Shown here piece by piece: positions 58,653 to 64,000 of a stretch of DNA of 64,000 nt. A program made the translations under genes and the position numbers. The notes beneath the pieces are model-generated. The model was not told where the DNA came from, searched no databases, and worked only from the letters and a program-made list of their open reading frames with translations. Origin of the DNA: an uncultured delta proteobacterium (GTDB taxonomy: Bacteria > Myxococcota_A > UBA9160 > UBA4427); NCBI GenBank assembly GCA_963822965.1, contig CAWGJT010000008.1, positions 64,001-128,000 of the forward strand, in the 5' to 3' direction. Each line of letters begins with the position of its first letter. Positions within the stretch are counted from its first letter, which is position 1.

Positions 58653-61600
58653 CCCCCCGCCCCATCCGCCGACTCGCGATCGTGAATCGGGGCGAGCCCG
58701 CGATGCGCTGCATCCGGGCCGTGAAGGCCCTGGCTGCCGAGGGTCGCCGCGACATCCGCGCGATCGCGCTCTACACCGACGGCGAGCGCGAGGCGCCGTT
58801 TGCGCGGCACGCCGACGCGGCGGTGCGACTGCCCTCGCCGAACGGTGCGGTCAACGCCTATCTCGATCACGACAACGTGCTGCGCGCCCTGCGCGAAGCG
58901 AGGGCCGACGCCGTCTGGCCGGGCTGGGGCTTCGTGGCCGAGGACGCGTCCTTCGTGGCGCGACTGCGCGACGAGGGGATCGTCTTCCTCGGCCCGTCCG
59001 CCGAGGCCATGCGCGCGCTCGGCGACAAGATCACCTCCAAGGAGCTGGCCGAGCGGGCCGACGTGCCGGTGACGGCCTGGAGCCAGGGCGTGGTGGCGGA
59101 CGAGCGCGCCGCGGCCGTGCAGGCCGAGCGCATCGGATACCCGATCGCCGTCAAGGCCTCCGCGGGCGGCGGCGGCCGGGGCATCCGCATGGTGGACGAC
59201 GCGAAGGCGCTGCCCGAGGCGTTCCGCAGCGCCGCCGCCGAGGCGAAGAGCGCCTTCGGAGACGGCCGGCTCTTCCTGGAGAAGAAGGTCTCCGGGCGGG
59301 CGGCACATCGAGGTGCAGATCGCCGCCGACGCCCAGGGCAACGTCGTCGCGCTCGGCTGCCGCGACTGCTCGGTCCAGCGCCGGCACCAGAAGCTCATCG
59401 AGGAGGCGCCGCCGCCCGGCCTCGACGCCGAGACGATCGAGGCGCTCCAGGCCTGCGCCACCCGCCTCGCCGCCCACGTCTCCTACATGGGCGTCGGCAC
59501 GGTCGAGTTCCTCCACTCGGCCGAGGGCTTCTACTTCCTCGAGGTGAACCCGCGCCTGCAGGTGGAGCACGGCATCACCGAGGAGATCACCGGCGTCGAC
59601 CTCGTGCAGCTGCAGATCCGCATCGCCGAGGGCGAGTCGATCAAGGATCTGCGCCCCGTGGCGCGCGGGCGTGGCCATCGAGGCGCGGGTCAACGCGGAG
59701 GATCCCGATCAGGGCTTCCTGCCCTCGCCCGGACGCATCGTGCGCTTCGACCCGGCGCTCGGCCCGCGGGTGCGGGTGGATTCCGGCGTCGCGGCGGGCA
59801 CGATCGTCTCGCCCGACTTCGACTCGCTGATCGCGAAGGTGATCGCCACGGGCGCCACGCGCGAGGAGGCCCGCGCCCGGCTCTCGTGCGCACTGCGCGA
59901 TTTCGAGCTCGTCGTCGAGGGGGGCGCCAGCAACAAGGGCTACCTGCTCGAGCTGCTCGACGCCGACGACTACCGCGCGGGTCCCGTCGACACCCTGTGG
60001 CTCGACCGCTGGAACGCGGAGCGCGCGCAGCTGCCCGTGCGTCGTGACCGACCTGGCGGCCGACGCCCTGGTCGCGGCTGCCATCCTGGCCTACCAGCGC
60101 GCCCGCGCCACCGCCCGGGAGCACTTCTACGCGGATGCCACCGGCATCTCGCCCGAGCGGATCCCGCCCAACCGCGGGCAGCAGATCGACCTCGGCCACG
60201 AAGGCGAGAGCTACCGGCTGATGGTCTACGCGATCGGCTCCTGGCGCTATCGCATCCATCTCGACGGACGGGCGGTGGGCGCGCGCCTGAAGGAGGCGGG
60301 ACCGCACTCGGCGCGTCTCGAGATCGACGATCGCGGCGCATCGCATCCTCTACGACGCCAGCGAGGTCGGGCTGCGCGTCGAGGTGGACGGCCATCCGTA
60401 CAGCTACGGAACCCAGACCGCCGGCAAGGTCCGGGCCGGCACGCCTGCCATGGTGGTGGCGATCCACGTGCAGGTCGGGGATCGCGTCTCCGTCGGGCAA
60501 CCCCTCGGTCTGGTCGAGGCGATGAAGATGGAGATCGCCTTCCAGTCGCCGGTGGCGGGCGTCGTCACCGAGGTCCACGTGCGCCAGGGCCAGCAGGTCT
60601 CGGCGGGCGAGGTGATGCTCTCGATCGATCCGGCCTCGGAGGGCGGCGCGGAGTCCGCCGTTCGCGCCACGACGCGGCTGGCGCTGCCCGAGCAGCGCGA
60701 TCCGCTGGCACTCCTGTTTCGCGAGCACGAGGGCGACTCGCTGGCGGTTCCGGACCTCGTGGCGGCGGATCGTGCGGTCGCCGAGGGGCGTCTCGGGAGC
60801 CGCGGAGGCTCCGCGTGGCGCGACGCCATGGAGGCGGTGCGGGACGAGATCCGCCGGGTGATGCTCGGCTACGACGCCAACCCGGAGCGCTGTCAGAGCC
60901 TGCTCGACTTCCTCGACGCCCCGCTCCCCGAGACGCTCTCGCGGGACGCGTTTCTGGAGCTGGCGGAGATCCGCCACGAGCTGATCGCCTTCGCGGACGT
61001 CGAGCGCCTCTTCATCCGGGCGCCCCGGGCCTCGGTGTCGGGCGGGCTGGGGCCGTCGAACAACGCGCGGCTGCGGATGTACGTCCGGCGCATGCGCGCC
61101 GAGGGCACGGGCATCGCCGAGGAGTTCCTCGAGCTGGTTCGCAACGCGCTCTCGCACTACGGCGTCGAGGATCTCACCCCGACCGATGCCCTCGAACGTG
61201 CGGTGCTGCGCCTGCTCTCCACCCAGTTCCATCCGGAACTCCGCCATCGCCTGGCGATGGGCATGCTGCGCCGTATCACGGCCCTCGCCGAAGACGCCGG
61301 CGTCGACCTCGCGGACGACCACGCCCTCGCGGACGCCCTGGACGCGCTGATGGGGATGCGCGGCCTGCTCTCGGACGCCATGGCGGACGCCGCCATCGAG
61401 GCGCGCTACCTGGTGTTCGAGCGCCGGGAGGCCGAGCGACAGGCGGAGCAGAGCTCGAAGGCCCTGGAGACGTGGCTCGACCAGGCCGAGCGGGCTCCTC
61501 ACGAAGCCGTCCGCCAACGTGCTCCTCGAAGTGGCGGCAGCGGCGCGGCGGGTCTTCGATCGCGTCGGTCGCTGGATCAAGGCGCCCGACCCCGGCCGTC

Positions 61601-64000
61601 TCGACATCGCGCTGGCCGCCTACGTGCAGCGTGTCTACGCCCCCGCCCGGCCGCTCGGGCACATGTCCATCAAGGCCGAGGACACCTGGATCCACTGTGT
61701 GGAGTATCCGGACAAGGGCCTGGTGCTCGCCGCCACGGCGGCCGAGACGGAGATCGACGCCGTGGCCGGGCGGCTGTGTCGCACCGCCGTCCGACTGGCG
61801 GAGCGGGGACCGAGCATCTTCGCCCTCGAGCTGCTCGTTCCGGTGACCGCAGAGGTCGACCGCGAGGCCGCTGCCGCATCCCTGGCCCGCACGCTCACCG
61901 AATGCGGCGCCCCCGCGCGCTTCACCCTCGACCTCCACCAGGAGGACGGTCGCAACGTCTACAAGACCTTCGACGTCGACCGGGACGAAGCCGGTGCCGC
62001 GATTCCGGGGTCGACCCCGGGCCTGCGCGCCGATCTCTACGATCTCCATCCGGAGACCGCGGCGCGCATCGACCTCGCGCGCTACCGGGCCTTCGAGCTC
62101 GAGCGGATCCCCAGCGAGGACGGCATCTACTGCTTCCACGGGCGCGCCGCGGGACGTCGACGGCGACGAGCGCATCTTCGTGCTGGGGGACGCCCGCGAG
62201 CGGTCTCCCCTGGCCGGACCGGAGCTCGAGCACCACGTCGCCGCCTTCGAACGCGTCTTCAACCGCGCCGCACGCGGCCTGCGCACGACCCTGCGCGAGC
62301 GGGATCCGCGGCGGGCGCTCCAGTGGAACCGCATCGCGCTCTTCATCTCGGCGGAGATCTACCTGGACGCCGAGGCGGCCAGCGCGGTGGCGCGAAGGCT
62401 CGCGCCGGCCACCCGGCACCTGGGTCTCGAGAAGGTGCTCGTCCGCCTGAACATGAAGGATCGCGCGCAACCGGAGGCGCCCGCGAGGCAGGTCGAGATC
62501 GTGATCAGCGAGCCGACGGGCGACGAGATCCAGCTCTCGTGGCGCGAGCCGCACCGCGACCCCCTCGAGCCGGTCGGCGACTACGAGCGCCGCGTCGTCG
62601 CCGCCCGCCGGCGAAGGCTCGTCTATCCCTACGAGATCGTCCGCATGCTCACGTCGGACCAGCGCGGGCTCGAGGGCGGCAGCGAACGGGTCTCCATCTC
62701 CCAGGGAACCTTCGAGGAGTACGACCTCGACCCGTCGAGCGATCGGCCCACAGGCGCTCTCGGTGGCGGGTCGCGAGCCCGGTGGAGCGCGGGCCGGCAT
62801 CGTCTTCGGCGTGATCACGACACCCACCGAGAAGGTGCCCGAGGGCATGAAGCGCGTGCTCGTGCTGTCGGATCCCACCATGGGGATGGGGGTGCTCTCG
62901 ATCCCCGAATGCGATCGCCTCGTCGCGGCGATCGACCTCGCCGAGTCGCTCGGCGTGCCGGTGGAGTGGCTGCCCGTCTCGAGCGGCGCGAAGATCGCCA
63001 TGGACAGCGGCACCGAGAACCTCGACGCCACCGCGCGCGTCGTGCGCCGGATCGTGACGTTCACCCAGCGCGGGGGCGCCATCCATCTGATCGTGCAGGG
63101 CGTGAACGTCGGCGCCCAGAGCTACTTCGACGCGCTGTCGACGATGCTGATGCACACCCGCGGCGTCCTCATCATGACGCCGCGCGCGTCGATGGTGCTG
63201 ACGGGCGCCGAGGCCCTGGAGGCCTCGGGCTCGGTGTCGGCCGAGGACGAGGTGGCGATCGGCGGCTACGAGCAGATCATGGGGCCCAACGGCCAGGCCC
63301 AGTACTACGCGCGCAACCTCGCCGAAGCCTACCGCCTGCTCTACGACTACTATCGCTACAGCTACGTGGTGCCCGGCGAGGACGGACCGCGTCCCTTCCC
63401 GACCACCGACCCCGCGCGATCGCAACGCCTGCGAGTCGGCGCTCGCTCCCGACGAGTCCTTCGACTTCGCGACCGTGGGCGAGATCTTCGACGACGCCAC
63501 CAACCCCGGACGCAAGCGGCCCTTCTCCATGCGCGCGGTGATGCGCGCGCTGATCGACCAGGACGGCGGCCATCTCGAGCGCTGGAAGCAGATGGTCGGC
63601 GGGCGAGACCGCCATCGTCTGGGACGCGCACCTCGGCGGACGTCCGGTGACGCTCGATCGGGATCGAGAGCCACGTGCGTGCCGCGCGAGGGCTACCGCC
63701 CGTTCGACGGCCCCGAATCGTGGACCGGCGGCACGCTCTTCCCGCACTCGTCGAAGAAGACCGCCCGGGCCATCAACGCGGCCAGCGGCAACCGCCCGGT
63801 GGTGGTGCTCGCGAACCTCTCGGGCTTCGACGGCTCGCCCGAGTCGCTCCGCAAGCTGCAGCTCGAGTACGGCGCCGAGATCGCGCGGGCCATCGTGAAC
63901 TTCCAGGGCCCGATCCTGTTCCTCGTCGTTTCGCGCTACCACGGGGGCGCCTACGTGGTCTTCTCCCAGGAGCTGCACGACGATCTGCACGCTTCGGCGC
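58649..64000 (+). CDS. Single-chain multidomain biotin-dependent acetyl/acyl-CoA carboxylase (BC-BCCP-central-CT), frameshifted, runs off the window end
   Basis: BC: NRGEPA, WPGWGFVAE, GGGGRGIR, RDCSVQRRHQK, EVNPRLQVEH. BCCP: EAMKM at 60516-60530. Long central region, then CT: LVYPYEI, SSGAKIAM, NVGAQSY, LANLSGFDGS, YHGGAYVVFS. Confidence 0.9.

Overview
This is a high-GC bacterial chromosome window; the gene content (PEP-CTERM, bactofilin, LLM and amidohydrolase enzymes, Pal) is consistent with a diderm Myxococcota/deltaproteobacteria-like organism, which is inference only. The left part opens with a two-gene module, a lipoprotein Sel1-caspase plus an autotransporter beta-barrel. It is bracketed by a diverged 69-bp direct repeat of the aidB promoter and 5' end, which looks like an old insertion scar. 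Mixed housekeeping and accessory genes follow: aidB, bactofilin, LLM/TetR, nucleoside hydrolase-trkH-trkA, a diheme cytochrome, LysR, mfd, glycosyltransferases, an orphan rplC followed in frame by an rlmE with no canonical start codon, a Mo-oxidoreductase, nudC, a sigma54-driven PEP-CTERM gene, sppA, an ECF sigma/anti-sigma/DUF3106-like triad, thiI, asd, pal, a ThDP enzyme and an exonuclease-DinG fusion. From 51.6 kb to the window end there is a nearly self-contained type II fatty-acid-like gene cluster. It encodes an enoyl reductase, FabH, FabA, FabG, FabZ, a KS, an ACP with an NS motif, an acyltransferase, a PPTase and a eukaryote-like single-chain acetyl/acyl-CoA carboxylase; no fabD is visible. 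Genes after about 44.5 kb carry many single-base frameshifts, most likely sequencing or assembly indels. No CRISPR array, rRNA, tRNA or transposase was recognised.
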